Assembly: GCF_009914755.1 (NCBI RefSeq)
Contig: NC_060932.1
Length of the DNA stretch: 64,000 nt
DNA from: the human T2T-CHM13v2.0 reference genome, Homo sapiens
Strand: one strand, 5' to 3'
Shown here: positions 31,231-46,188 of the stretch, piece by piece
Numbering within the stretch: the first letter of the stretch is position 1
How the letters are laid out: each line of letters begins with the position of its first letter
The notes under the pieces: generated by a model
What the model was told of the DNA's origin: nothing
The model's input: only the letters and a program-made list of their open reading frames with translations
The model's database searches: none
Translations under genes and position numbers: made by a program

Positions 31231-33054
31231 GAGTGCCCTAATTGCCATGGTAGCAAACTCACCACTCCATTTCCACTTTTGCTCCCCAGAGTCTATTTGC
31301 AACTTAGAGCCTGAATGAGCCTTTTATGACATATATTCTAGGATCACTATATGTTTGTCCCTTTGACAAGCCTTTGCTCAGAATCCTTTAATGGCTTTCC
31401 ATCTTATTCTGAGTAAAACCAAAGCCTTTGTAATGACCCACAGAACCCCACCCGGTATACTGTTATCTCTCTGCCCTCACCCCATCTTTTTCTCCTCCTT
31501 ACTCATTCAACTTTCAATGTCCCCCACTCCCAGGGCCGTTTCCCCAAAACACAAATATATATACAGTAACAAACCACTTCAGGATGAAGTGAATACTTCT
31601 ATTAGAGAGGTTCTGTGTATCTGTTCCATCTAGAGCTTTTTATTTTTAGAATTTCTTTTTTTAGACTTACAAGTAACCATTTCCTTTTAAAATAAAGTAT
31701 TTTAAACCAAGAACTATACAAAGTTAGATATTGAATTTTATTTTTTAGTTTAAATCCCATGTTCTATTCTCCTCTCAGGGATCCGTTATCAGGATTGGAA
31801 TTTGAATATTTCAAAAACCTCTTAAAAAGTAGTTTAGTACATAAATGCTACCTTTTACACTGGCTGGTAATTCAATTTCAGATACCGTGTTTAAGTTTTT
31901 GAACTACTCTACAGTTGTTTTTATGGTCTAGCATAAAAATTGGAGTTGTTGAGTTAGTTTCCTAAACTTATCCATTAGATATTGAGACAACTGTAGACAT
32001 AACAAGAAAAAAAAAACTGTACTCATATCTTCTAGGGCTAGAAAATAACAACTGGTCTTATAGAATATACAGTTTAAAGTTTGTACCTAGTTTGAAAAGA
32101 ATATAGAACCAATGACAATTTTTAAGTCTGTATTTCGTGAACAAATTTTGAGCTAAACTTGGAAAGTAATAAAATCTCCCTCTCCTTCCACTTAGATCAT
32201 GCAAAATGTAGCATATCAAATTCTACCATAAAATGCATGAACTTGAACTGTCCGAATGCATAGTGGATGAGACTAATTTAGGAGCTTTGAACCATGACAG
32301 TATAGCATTTGACAAAAGTTGAACAAATATGGGCTCTTGTCCCCAAGAGTAAACCTAGTTATAGAACCTAAACACATTTTCCAAAATGCCTTTTTAAATG
32401 TCCATAGAGTAGTCATGATATTACTGAACCTGCAAATTTTAATTGAGAGTTTTTTTTATCTTTCCAGATAGTTAAGATAGCACAGTAATTGGTACCTAGA
32501 AGCATGCAGAAATCTACTTTGGCCCAAAGCAAAAAAGTTCAAATAAATGATTTTTACAGTCATGTTGGACAACATATAGAATACGCCTACATCATGAAAT
32601 TTAACCAATAATATAACTACTAGCTGCAATTCTATAATAGGCTGTCACCAAACATGGCTCTTAAAGAAAGACAAAATTGTAACCTATATACTATAAACCA
32701 TACGAAAAAAGAGTTCTGGTATTCTGGAGCAGTTTTGTGGGCATATGTCTGTTGCCCTTTGGGACAGTGGAGCTGCTATAGCCAAAATGTAACAAAGGAA
32801 CGGTGAAAATAGTATATTCTATTACAGAAATTCCATCTGCACAAGGAAATATTGATGTAAAATAAGTGTTGGTCATGTTTTCACCGAAAGGCTCCAACAA
32901 CTTATCTCTGGAATTGAGAAAAGAAAATCTCTTTCTTTGTTATTTAATTTGTAGAAGCAGATACTTCCATGAACAGTGGCCATGAAGCTTCTTTGTGCCA
33001 CCATCGAAATGGTAATGTTTGGGAACTTCACTTTCATTAACTACAGGCACAACT

Positions 33055-33285
33055 TAATACAGTAATTAAAAGTGACTCGAGTCAGAATACCTGAGTCCTC
33101 ATCTAGGCTTTACCTATGTGACTTTGGGCAAGTTACAGAATCTCAAGTGCCTTCATCTGTGAAATCAGTATAATTACAGTGCCAAATTTGTGGTTGCTGT
33201 GTAGATTAAATAAGTTAGCATGCATAATGGATTTGGAACAGAGTCGTATAACTGATAAGTACTCAAAAATGATATCTATTATTAT
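33055..33285 (+). mobile_element. MIR
   Basis: Core tatgtgactttgggcaagttac...cttcatctgtgaaat...gattaaataag; 3' end taagtactcaaaaatg. Confidence 0.75.
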
Positions 33286-33501
33286 CTCAGTTTATCTTCA
33301 TGTATGACATAAGCATTTTTAGTGGTATTTTTATTTTAAAGATAAAGAAATATATATTTAATGACATCTACATATATAGCTTGAAAGTTACATATATTGT
33401 GATCTTCGAACTGCACAGCACTCCTACCATGTGAGATAAATAAGCTATGGGCATTTATTGAATGCTTGAATTCAGAACATTATATTAATGAATTATGGCA
33501 T

Positions 33502-34103
33502 TGTCAAGTAGTCAAGTAGTCCCTCACCAACAATCAATCCAATGTCTAATCCAACCACAAGGGTCACAAGTGCAGCAAATGGAATGACTCACCACTCTTT
33601 CATGGATTTGGCTGGTAAGGTGACAACACATGGATTCAGACAGTTTATTACACAGACAGGAAACACAAGATCAGCGTAATGTCAGTTCCCTGAATTCTTT
33701 GTCCCCTGGGATGACACCAAACAGGCCAGATGGCAGATGGCATACAAAGAGGTACATAAAGCAGTAGTCCTGCCCAATCTCATTGGCAGCTGAAAGCATG
33801 TATATTGAAGGGAAGGAAAGGTCACTCTGTCATTGAGGAAATAATTCTGAATTACAGCCAAGCATTTTTAAAGGCTTATATAGAAGCCTGAAAATGTACC
33901 TTTAAGAGGGAAAATGTGTAAAGTCCTGTGTTCAACTGAAACTAGGGAGATGAATTGGAAAAGGCCTGGTGGCAATTCCACATTAGGCTGCTTGTCTCTC
34001 CTTATTACATAAGGAACCCCAGAACATTCTCTCAAGAATTGTGTCAGACTGAAGATGAGCCTCACTTATGTGACCTACGTGGAAATGTTCAAGGTCATCA
34101 GGA
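33502..34103 (-). mobile_element. Probable old solo LTR (family not assigned)
   Basis: TG...CA-bounded ~600-bp block of higher GC, with minus-strand AATAAA (~33645) and TATA-like (~33878) motifs in LTR order. Confidence 0.4.
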
Positions 34104-35939
34104 CACTCATTGGATAGTGGAGCTGTTTCTCTATAGGCTTATCTTCCTTGACAAATTTCAGAGTAATGCATGTGCAAAATCTTCACAATAAAATAATATA
34201 GATTATGTATAGTTAGGTAAGCAATAGATTAATATTAAATGCAAACCTGATCTTCCATGTCTCAACACAAAGAGAAAAGAATATTGATTTATAACTTTTT
34301 TCTTATTTGGGCAAAATATTGGCAATCTGTGGTGTAAAACATGCATACTTCTGGCCCAGGCCATTATTAAAATGGACCAGATAAGTGCATGAATTAATGT
34401 TTAAAACACAAGTAAAATCTTTGAAATTTGGGGTAGATTATGTGTAAATACACCTAGGAGAAAACAAACCACAATAGCTAAAAATATTCAAGCACATTAG
34501 TAAAGTACATGGCAGTTTCAAATCTGTAATTATCTCATTGAATAAAAAGTCTCCTTTCTTCTGTTGTTTATTCCACAATGATTCTTGAAAGTCTAAAACT
34601 AAAAATTTCAGATTATTTTAAGAAAGAAATTCCATGGCCAGTGGACATACAGGTTAACTATCTTTTGTCTGTTATGAGTCAAGTTCTAGTATGTTACCAG
34701 TCATTGCCCAGTTGATTTCAATGATTATGATTTTTACTATCTATCTTAATGTACATTGATAATTACTTTCTATTCCAAGCTTTCAGAATAATACATAATG
34801 CACAGAACAGAAATTATCCAAGATACTTCTCAATGTATATGTTTTTAACAAGCCATTTCCAAGTCTTCACTTCAATTTACATACAAAGAAAACCTTAACA
34901 TTTTCTTTCCTTCAATTCTCATATGTGTAGCTGCCAGTAGGATTGGACAGGGCAACTCCTTTATGTACCTCTTTGCATTCATGTATTTACATAGAAGCAG
35001 AAGAAACTCCTGCCAGAAAAAGTAATGAAACCTGATATCCACCAGAATACAAGAGAGAGTTTAAGGCTACTAAAGAAAATTCTCTGGATTAAGATGAAAA
35101 AGAGATCTCCAGGTTAAAATAAAATCACCTAAAAGATACTTTTTCCTACATAAAATCATGGTATACAGTAAGATTTAGTGTGATTCATTCTTCAATCAAA
35201 GAATGGTTTTTGAGAGTAGAAGTCTTTCACTTTGTAAAGGAATTAAACAGAAGACTTCCAATTCTTGAAGCTCTTAAGTTATCTCAAATTGAGAAATAAT
35301 AATTAGGAACAGAAATAGAAATAAAAGAAAAAGAATAGAAATATGGTTATTAAGCCATAGTCAAGACAGAAGGCTTATATTTTAAGGACTGTACTGTTCC
35401 TTTGCAAGAAAAGAAGGCACAACTTTTTTGTAGGAGGAAACATCCTAAACCAGACTTACAAATGAAGTTTATCTTCATTGTATGCCTTGGATGCCTGGGT
35501 TCCTTCCAAGGAACTGTTTCTAATTTCACATTTTTAAAAAATTCTTCTTAGATAGTGCCCCCAAATCATTTGAGCTTTAAGTACCACAAAGCCTAGCTCT
35601 GTCTCCAAAAGCAACTGTTCAATCAGACCATCATGGAGTATAGACACAGAAAATGTGGATTGGCAATGAGGAGTAAGGACCATAAAGAAAGTTGAAAATC
35701 TAGGCCAGAACAAAGGCATTAACTGAAGTTATTTCTGGCTATAGGCTTTATCAGTATCATAGAGAGGAGGGCTAATACTGAAACCACTCTATTTATGCCT
35801 GAATATATTATAAAATATATTCATGATTAAGTTAACTCCTATAACTGTTTCTTTTTGGGCTTAATTCACTTCAAATAATTTTATGATTTACATCTTTATT
35901 TTGGTCCAGATCATCTTTTTATTAAAATTATTCATATGA

Positions 35940-36130
35940 GTTATGATTTCTGATTCCACCACTTATAAATTGCATGACATTTTACTTAAACTACCTGTGC
36001 CTCGGCTTCTGAAACTATACAAAGGACATTTGAATAGTGTCTACCTAGGACTGTTATGAGGATGACATATATGTAAAATTTTAAATCAGTGCTTGGTGTG
36101 TTATTAAGTGCTCAACAGCTGATAATATTA
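35940..36130 (+). mobile_element. MIR
   Basis: ccaccacttataaattgcatgac...tgtgcctcggctt...gttatgagga...taagtgctcaa. Confidence 0.65.
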
Positions 36131-37400
36131 CTTTTCCTGCTTTCTCTGAAGTTTTCTTAATTAGTGGCTATTCTCCCTCCCATACTCCATTTTCTACTGG
36201 GATGGAGTTGGGGTAGAATTGCTTATTGCTAATCACTGCTGTTAGGTAAACTATATTTCTTCCTTTATTTTTGGCTCAGATTACATATTATCATACTGTA
36301 CCTCTCCTGTTGCAGTCATCTAGTAGCTGCCTCATACCTTGACAGGATTTAAGCTCCAGGTTTATTATCACCCTTTCAAAATGAAACTTCTGTCCCATTT
36401 TTGGTGCTTTCAATATATCCTATTCCATTCACTCTCCTGCTTTTTAACTACTATTTCATACATTTTCTCTTCTCTAAGATTCAATGTTTCCTTCTCTATC
36501 CTTTCTCTCAGCTCATGATCCTGCTTCCTACTTCACAGAGAAAAGGAAAGTAATCAAAAAAGAACTTGTACCATATTGTCCCACAGATTTGCATCTGTGG
36601 CCACCTTCTCTGATTTTCTTCTGATGTGATCCATTATTTGGGCTGATCCATTTGTGTTCCTAAGGCCAGCTACTCAGTTTGCACATTGCTCTTGCCCACC
36701 CAAAGGCAACACTCTACTAACTGGGTATTCTCTTAAATAATCAATTTCTCTTGCTCACTGGATCATTTTCATTATCATACAAACATGTTGTATCTTTCTC
36801 CTATCTTAAAAAAAAAATCACTTTCGATCATGTGATCAAACAGTATCCAGTATCCATAATAGTGGGACATTAAGATATTATATAATACCCATGAGATCTA
36901 AAATGATGTTAAAGCATCACCCATGAAGGACTACGGTAAAAACAAACAACAAAAATGTTCAATCAGAATCTAATCAAGGCTTTAGACTTAACTTGCTGAT
37001 TACATAATAAATAACCAGGGATGGAAGTGGAGTGTGGTTGGGAGTGGGGGTATAGTGACTCAAAATGTTCAATGTTACAACAAGAAAGCAATCAGAAAAA
37101 TCCAGAATGTGGAATATTCTATATGACAACTGGCCCAATATCCTCAACATGTCAGGTCATAGGAAAAAAATACTAAAGAATTAGAATAAAAAGAGTACAC
37201 TTGGATCTTGATTTAGTTCCTACTTTGGGAAAAACAAAGTAGCTTTGAAAGACATTTGGGGGAAATTTTTGGAAATTTCAGTAGGAACCGTATGTTAAAT
37301 TATTCCAAATGTAGTAACGGTACTACAATGATGTAGGAGAATGGCCTTATTTTGAAAATAGACATATTAAAATATTTTAGAGTGAAATATCTGATGTCTG

Positions 37401-37895
37401 TGTTAAAGTATGTCCCAGCTGACAGACAAAATGAGTTCCCCATGGCTAATTGAGGCACTCGAAGTTAAAACAGAACCAGTAGGCCATGGCTTGGTGAGAG
37501 AGCAGTCATGTACTTTGTATTCTCAAAGCGATTTTCTGAAAGTGTCACAGTACCCTCCTTTCTACAAATAAGCTAAACCAGTTCCTGTTTTCAGGGCCAA
37601 GATAGATTGCAGATGGAAATTCATCAACTGACCACCAACAGACTTCCCGAGGCCAGCCAATAAAAAGAGATACGTGATGTCTTGCTTAAAAGCCATCCAG
37701 TCCAGACCCTGCATTTGATCCCCGCCTCCTACTGCATCTTGTGTTTTTTGCCTCTATAATTTCCTACTCCTTAATCCTTCCCGGGATCACACCTTAATTT
37801 TGCACCAAAGGCTGCATTTCTCCAATTTGAGGATTGCTTTTAGAAAATAAAATTCTCTTTTCGCCTCCTCATATCTCATTGGTCTTTGGTTAACA
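37401..37895 (+). mobile_element. Complete ERV1-class solo LTR (MER67-like), 495 bp
   Basis: TGTTAA...TTAACA inverted termini, 4-bp TSD TCTG (37397-37400, 37896-37899), AATAAA near 37847. Confidence 0.85.
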
Positions 37896-37950
37896 TCTGA
37901 AATGTACTTTCAAATGTTACAGAAAATGTAACATAAAAACATATATGGCA

Positions 37951-38260
<310 letters not shown>

Positions 38261-40520
38261 ATAAAAATATATATGGCAAAATATCAATAATTGTTAAACC
38301 CAGATAGTACGTATACAGACATCCTCTGGCAATCTTGCTGCATATTTGACAACTTTTATAATAAAAAGTTAAAGGTAAAATCTCTATTAATTCAACTTTC
38401 CCCTCCAGCTAGCATTTCATTTCACTTCATTTCCTTCTTCTCAGCAAAATTCCTCAAAAGAGTTGTCTAGATTCACTGTCTGCAATTCTCCTCCCATTTT
38501 CTCAATCTCCACTCTGACACTGAAGCTGCCTTTATCAAGGTCACCAATGGTTTCCTTGTGGCCATGTATATTTGCATTTTCAACATTTTAGCAGCATTTG
38601 TGGAAGGGATTATCCCTTACTCCTTGAAATCATTCCTATTTAGCCTCTAGGACACCATTTTTTTACTTGTTTTTCTCATATTTTACAGACTCCCTCTTCT
38701 CAGTCTCCTTTGCTGGCTCTTTTATATCTCCCAGATTTCTCAACATTGCTGAGCCCCAGGGCTTGGCTTCTTCTCAGTCTAAACTTACTCTCTTGCTTAT
38801 CTTATCCAATTTCTTGGCTTTCAAAAATATCTATATGCTAATATCCTGTAACTTTTTCTCAAATATGGACTCTCTTATGATCTCCAGACTGTGTATTCAA
38901 CTGGAATATGCCTCTGTCTGGAGCCTAACAACCATGCCATAGGAGTAGTGAGTATTTCTCATTCTCTCTCTGTGGTACACTCAAAAGGAGATTGGCTCTT
39001 AGAAAGGTCTGAGGTCTAGCTAGCATATAAAAGCAGTGGAAGAACACATAAAACAGGAGCTGTGTGAATTCCGATTGGGAAACCAAATATTTGCGTCTGA
39101 ATTGAAGATGTCTTAATTTATTCCAGGAATTGGGATCTTATTAGGGAATACCTGTTTCTGCATATAACTTAAACAAATTAAGGAGTATGTAATCAAACAT
39201 TCTGAAGATCTTTAGCACCAATATTCTTCAATTCTCAAAAATGTCCTCTCCTGTCCAACTTTACTGTTCTGCCCCATGATGTTATGTATGGGGTATTAGA
39301 ACCCCTTCCTAACAGGTTTCCCTAGCTTCAGTAAAGCAAACTAAAGCTAGGGAAGCCTAAATTTGTTATTCATAAATATAAGTGACTGAAAGATGTTGTA
39401 AGATGTAAACTTAAACATGTTATTTCTTTGCTTAAAACACCGTAATGGATGTCCATCACTTTTTAAACAATGTACAATGTTCTCCAACATCTAAGTCCTG
39501 TTTGCCTTTTAATTTTTCCAGTCCTTATCTTCTTAGACCGAACAATGATGAATGTTGTGTTTTCAACGTCACATTTCTTGAAGACAGATTAGGCCTTCTA
39601 ATTTGGTCTGTATGCAAAAGAATGAATTTAAGTTCATTCATGCTGAATTAATAGGGACTCTATAACGATGTAAAAGTAACGCAATGAGTATTGCGTTATC
39701 TGGCACACGTAGCTATTTAAGCAACTTCTGTGTATCTCATTGGTCTCATTTGTATACTGGAGATGATGATGATAGTTTTTTGCATCACAGACTTGTTGAG
39801 AATACTGAATGGGTTGATACATGCAAATCACTTAGCATAGTGCCTAATCATCATAAGAAATCAACATACTTAATAAATTTTCATTATATCTCCATTTTAC
39901 AAATGGGAGTCAGAGGGGTTAACTATGTTTTTCAACTTGCCACAGTTTCTAAGTTATGAACAAGATTTGAACCTGGGGAGTTTTTCTATCTGAGTCCATA
40001 TGGACTATTACAGGGCTGCTGTTCATTACTATATCAATTCTAATAAAACATATACTGAGGCTTCAGAACAACATAGAAAAATGCATGAAATAAGACCTAT
40101 TCATCATTGTAGAAACTGTGTCCTTCAAGGACTGATTAAAAAGCAAAAAAGAAAGAAGTGTTTGCTCCACATTGACTATACCTACAGTTGAATTGGGGAT
40201 TCGAAAAAGAGCTGCAAAAAAGCCACTTAAGCCCAAAACAGATTTGTAGACACATCAGTTTTACCTGTTTTACTAATGTTATTCACTTTGCCTAGCGGGA
40301 CTTTCTCATCTTTTCTATTTGGCAGAATCAAGCACATTTTCACAAATATGTCATTTTTGAGAAGCTGTTCCCTATCCTTCCACACAAAAAAAATACCTCT
40401 TTGCTACATTATGCATTTTATTCCTAATTCTCACATCATAGTGTCATACTTAGTCTTAGATATTTATTTTCCCTTACAATATAGTAGAACTTCATTGATG
40501 AGAATATTTTATTCATTTTT

Positions 40521-40664
40521 TTTATTATACTTTAAGTTTTAGGGTACATGTGCACATTGTGCAGGTTAGTTACATATGTATACATGTGCCATGCTGGTGT
40601 GCTGCACCCACTAACTCGTCATTTGCATTAGGTATATCTCCCAGTGCTATCCCTCCCCCCTCCC
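40521..40664 (-). mobile_element. 144-bp 5'-truncated L1PA2/PA3 3' end, in CSMD3-sense orientation
   Basis: Reverse complement of the L1 3'UTR (GAG diagnostic). Perfect 16-bp TSD tattttattcattttt at 40505-40520 and 40665-40680. Confidence 0.95.
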
Positions 40665-43600
40665 TATTTTATTCATTTTTATCTTTGCTACTCAACTCAG
40701 TGCTAATTAAATATTTGTTGAATTATATTGATTTAATTTTTGTTGAATAGTGGGATAGATAAATATATCAAATCCATCATTTGTCTTAAAGAAATTGCTA
40801 ATGTCTAGTTCATCTTTTCTATATCACCATCACCTAGCACAGCATGACAGTTTGTTACTTAAACTCAGTTTGGTAAATTAATGAATAGATGAGTGAATAA
40901 ATGAATGAAGGCTAAATTTCAAAAGGCTGAGTTTAGAGTATCCCAAATCTAGATGTTAAGAGAGCTTAATGAGAGAATCCTGATCTGTTAATATGAACAA
41001 CACTTATTCATGGCAGAGGAGGGGACATACTCCTTTAAAAAGTGTAAGTAATAGATATTAAAAGTTTTTTGAAAATTTTTAATGCTACATTATCACCCAT
41101 GCACAAAGAAAAGAATAATTTTAATGTTGTAACAACATATTATGATATTCACTACAATTTAATCTTTTATTTTTATTTACATTTTATGTAGAATGCTTAT
41201 AACTAGAAAGAAAGGTTTCTTAAAAGCTTTCCAAATTTGGCAATGACTTAAATATTATAGAAATCGATATCCTGAAATTCAGTAAACAAATTCAAGAAAA
41301 ACTTCTTTGGCAAATTCTAGAACTTTATTTTTAGTCTATTTTAGTCTTCTTTTTTTCTCCTGAAGAAAATAAAACTATATAATGTCCACTGAAGGTGTAT
41401 GCTGCTCAAAATGTTCATGCTGCTTGACTTCAAGTCATTATTACAATTCTGGACAATTCAAATAAACAAAGTATGAAGTAAAGAACCTTAGCCATGAGAT
41501 CTGGAAGACAGACAAATCTATTCTTTACATCTAGCTTTGACACTTACCATGAATCACTTCATCTCTCTGATCACTGCTTTTCCAATATGGAAACTAGAAA
41601 GATTAGTGACTACCTACTAAGATTATTGCAAGTAAGTGAGAGAAATACCATAAAGTACCAGGTGAGATACTTTTACATAAATGAATAAAAGTACTAGCAA
41701 GGTACCACTATGTACATGCTGAACACTCAATAGTGTTATTTCACTTCTTTCTCCCTTATAGCTTTTGGCAGACTACTAAAAGCCTGAAAATTCTCTAAAG
41801 ATATGAGATATGATTTCCATATCTAGGGCACTTGGTTTTGACAAGCCAGACTCACAAATGGGATGCCCATTAAATTTAAGCAATTTACATGTAATCTTTA
41901 TTCCTGCTTGTTTCTTTTTAGGTATTTATTTGTATATTTATTTGTTTGTTTTTGCTTTTAGGAGAAAGGCATTGTAAGATCAATAAATACAATGCAATCA
42001 AATGAGTATGTTGCAGGGGAGGGGATTCGAGAGGAAAAAAAAAGAAAAGAAAACATAGTAAAGTCAGTGATGATATCCTTGAAATTTTACCTGAGAAACA
42101 AATCTGTAATGACATGTTAATATTTTTTTCCAAAGTCATAGGAAATTTGGGATAAGGTGGCATGCCCAGATTAGACCCTAGTCAGTGGAGTGTAATTAAA
42201 AATTTTCTAAATTGAAAACTGGTATAACCTACTTTACCTTTTATAGGTACAAGGCAAGCCTTAGTTCAGTATTTTACACAAGCACATTACATCAAGTCAT
42301 CTCAAACATCATGATTGAACAAGTGAGAAATCATATTATATTATCAGAAAAACAAAGCAATGTCTGGAAAAATGAAAATCAAACATTTTTGAGGACAAAA
42401 AAGGCTCAGAATTTCTTTTAGAAAATAGTGATCAGATTCAATTGAGATTCAAGTTTTATATGATATGAAAAGGTTAATATTTTATACCTGCAACATTCTG
42501 TAGCAGATATAACAAAACATCAACTAGTTCAAATTCAAAAAGATATAGTAAAATGCATGAAATAAAAGCTATCCATCACCTTTGAAATACACTGTTTGTC
42601 GACTGATTAAAACACATGAAGAGAAATGTTACTTACACATTGAGCATACCAATAATTGAGCTGGGATTCAAAGAGTGCTACAAAGAGAGTACTTGGGTAC
42701 AATACACAGATGTAGAAAAATGGTTTATAGCCAGAAAAGTAGTTTGGGGGAGGTAAATAATCCCCTAACTCCTTTTGAAAAACACCTGCTTGAAGTGCAA
42801 TATTTACATTCTGCAAACAACTTCCTAAAGCTCTAAGTTCATTTGTCTCTATGTTTTCTCTGCAACTTACCTTGACATTTTTGATGATTACCAAAGATAT
42901 TGTTTATTTAAATAAGCACACAGTCTCTACCTGACCCATATGTTCCTTCTTGACTTTGGATTTAATTTATGATGCCTATTTTATAACATTTTATTATTTC
43001 CATGGCAACTGTCTTGGTATAATAAACAAAGAATGACTTCAGCTACTTTATCCCGCAGTGAAGGAGCTGGATTTGAGAAGGGTAAGTTTGAGGTAAAGAC
43101 AAAATATCAAAAAAAACCAGAAATGATAATGAAAAAATGAAATTCATTTTATCTCATACCGATAATATTTTCGTTAGGGACTGAATGCATTTACTAGGCA
43201 GAATAATGGCAGTCCTACTCTCTCGTATTCAACCGAAGCCCACCCCTGTTGATGCCACCAAACTCAAGGCCAGTTGGTCCCTCAGTATAATGCACTGTTA
43301 CTAATTTATAGTCCTAGTTTGTTCCAATGTCCTTTTGTCTGTTTTCAAAGCCCTAGGTACATTTGAACCTATCTTAGCTAAGTGCATTACCAGATGACAA
43401 ACAATAAAACCAATTATTAGAAATCAGCCTCTGTATTAATGGCATATATATTTTCTATTATTTTTAATATTATAAGGCTAAAAGTAGAAATAATCTATAT
43501 ACACACATATACAGAACAAAAAGACACATGGATTTTATTTTAAAAAAAATGGAATTAGAACAAATTTTAAAATCTATTTACCTAATATGATAATGACCTT

Positions 43601-45382
43601 TGTTCCCAGCTTCAAAATAATTTTAGGTACTGTCAGTCTATTCCAACTTCAATTAAATCCTACCCTCTCCTGAGATATGACATCAAGATCTAATTCAGTT
43701 ATAAGCAGCGATATCATTTAATTATCTTCTCCAGTTATCTACACTGCCAAATGATAGTATTTCCTGAGAACCACATATGTCACTGTTGTAAGCAAGAACC
43801 AGTTTGGGGATACATACAGAATATTGAACTACACTGACTTATTTAATGTTTTAATTCTTACGACTTATAGCAAAAAATTGCTCCCAATCTAACTTGCTTT
43901 GAATAAAAATACCGTTAATATATTTTCCTAGTGAAAATTGCTTAACCTCCCTGTGTCTCAGGGCCCTTATTCATAGCTCATAAGACCAAACCTAGCATAC
44001 AGTAAACACACAGCAAATATTAGCTTTTATTATTACCTCAGGTAAAATATTCCTTATCTGGCATTAATATATACTAGGGACAAGTAACCTAATTAAGTAA
44101 AGACATATTAAGCTAAAAACCAAAATTAGTTTGTCTGATGGCAAAGTTGATGAATATCATACTTTCTAGGTTAATATTATAACATTTATTTTTGCTTTAA
44201 AGCACTACTTTGAGGTCTATTATAGTTTTTCTTTTTTTCCAGCATATTTTCCAATATGTCTAGGTTAAATTTCTTAGACATAGCCAAAGAAAAAGTATGC
44301 TCTAGGTATTTCTGAACTTGGGCAAATTCCAAAACTAGGAAGAGGTCACCCAGAGTTTAGACAAAGAGCAAGTTTTTCTGGCACTTTCGTAATTCTTTCT
44401 GGTGTGAGAGTCTCACTCTTGCAATTGCTTCTAGGACATGACCCTCTGCAACAGAGATTCCACACAACACTCCACTCTTTGCCTCTCTTCTGTAATTCAA
44501 ACTCTCTTTTAAAAAGTCTGTGTCCTCTCTGCAATCCCCAAACCTATCTTTGAACTTACCAATTAGCAGTCAAATTTTGGCTTGTAACAAGATTTATAGT
44601 CAGAGCATAAGGACATATATGGAGAATGAGGTATTTTTAGGAGTCTTCTATTTTAAGTCCTCATAAAACTCAAAAATTTTTATCCAAAGAGATTTGAGAT
44701 TTTAATAACATGAGAATCAATGAAACCCTCCCTATGGGTGAATCACCATATAGATAGGTCAGGGTCTACTCTGTTAAGTTGGTTCCTGATGATCACATGG
44801 TGAATTAACTTTATACTGTCTTCTGTTCAGAATGAGCACCTGTTACTTGCCAAAGTTTGTGGCAGACACACAGAAAGTATAAAGAAAACTAAGATCCAGC
44901 CTCCACCTTCAAAGGACTTACAGGTATCAAGTAAAATCATCCTTATTCATGTGCCAGCTACAGTATAATAAAATAAATTCAGATATTTATCTCCTAATGA
45001 GCTGACTGGCTGCGTTCTAAAAGGATGTCTGTAAATTTGTTTGTCTACAAATCCCAAGTGAATAAGAATTGAAGTTCACAGTCCACAATCTAATTTCATT
45101 AAATAGGACATGTGTATTGGTCCCTCGCAATCTTGTGGATACTATTTCTATCACACACCTTTTTTACCTTACTTTTTTAACTCATTGAAAAAGTTTTTGA
45201 GTCAGCTATTTTCCCTGTTAAGCTCTGAATTTTACTGCATATTAGGGAAAGAATTATTCCATATACAGGTACAGAATTCATCATTTTCTCACCATATTCA
45301 ATTTTTATAAATTTATCTTTTTGTTTCTATCAATCATAATCATAAGCCTCTTCTTAGTAGTCTTTTCAGGCATCTTAATTAC

Positions 45383-45414
45383 TTGGTTGGTTGGTTGGTT
45401 GGTTGGTTGGTTGG
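45383..45414. repeat. (TTGG)8 tetranucleotide repeat
   Basis: Counted directly. Confidence 0.95.
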
Positions 45415-46188
45415 TTTACTTATTAGACTTGAGAGATTGTGTGTAAATAACCCACAGCAAATGCATTATAGACTAAACAACAGTGTGACAGCTGAGGTTG
45501 AAATGGCAATTATAGTCCTTTATTGGAGTTAGACAGAATTGACTCTATTTTCCTCTGGAGCACAGCTTTGTTCATGTAAATGAAAGTTAGTAAGTTGAAA
45601 ATGTGGAAGTAAAGGAGTTTTGTCGATATTATATATTCATTTCTTTATCAACTCAACAAATTTACTTAAAGATTTCTATATGCTAAACACTGTTGTAGGT
45701 AAAAAGGCAATTCAATATAGCATGATGAAATCTAGAAAGGGGAGATATGGAAAAGCTCATGCAACTCATAGGAAAGACATCTAACGTACTCTTGGGAGGT
45801 CAAGGGGAGCTTACCAGAATGATTAAATGAGGTGACTTTAAAGGATGAAGGGATTAGGCCAAATTATGGAGTGGAGATTGGGGTTAAGAGAATAATATTC
45901 AGAATTTATCTTAAGGGCAGTGGAGAACAATGAAAGATTTTAAGTAAGAGAGTAACATAATCAAATTTGCATCACAGGAGGTTCTTTCTGACTCCATAGT
46001 TTGGTTTAAGGAAAAAGGCACAAGAATGAAGATTAGAGTGCTGTTTAAACTATTACAGTAATAAGGTAGATAATGATAGATAATACTGTCTTGAACGATG
46101 ACAGGGTAATGGGAATGGAGCTCAACAGATTAAAAAGCAAAGGCTGCTTCAGCAACTAAACAATGATTTCTGTGTTTTCTCACTGCGA

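Noticed and set aside
32955-33011. Possible + strand cryptic exon (tttgtag|...atg|gtaatg)
   Set aside because: Splice-like motifs only; no partner exons or coding signal can be supported from sequence.
42085-42120. Possible recursive splice site on the minus strand (tttgtttctcag|gtaaaa at 42091/42090)
   Set aside because: The donor GTAAAA is weak, a competing AG lies 14 nt upstream, and such motifs are expected by chance in 50 kb; it needs saw-tooth or junction data.
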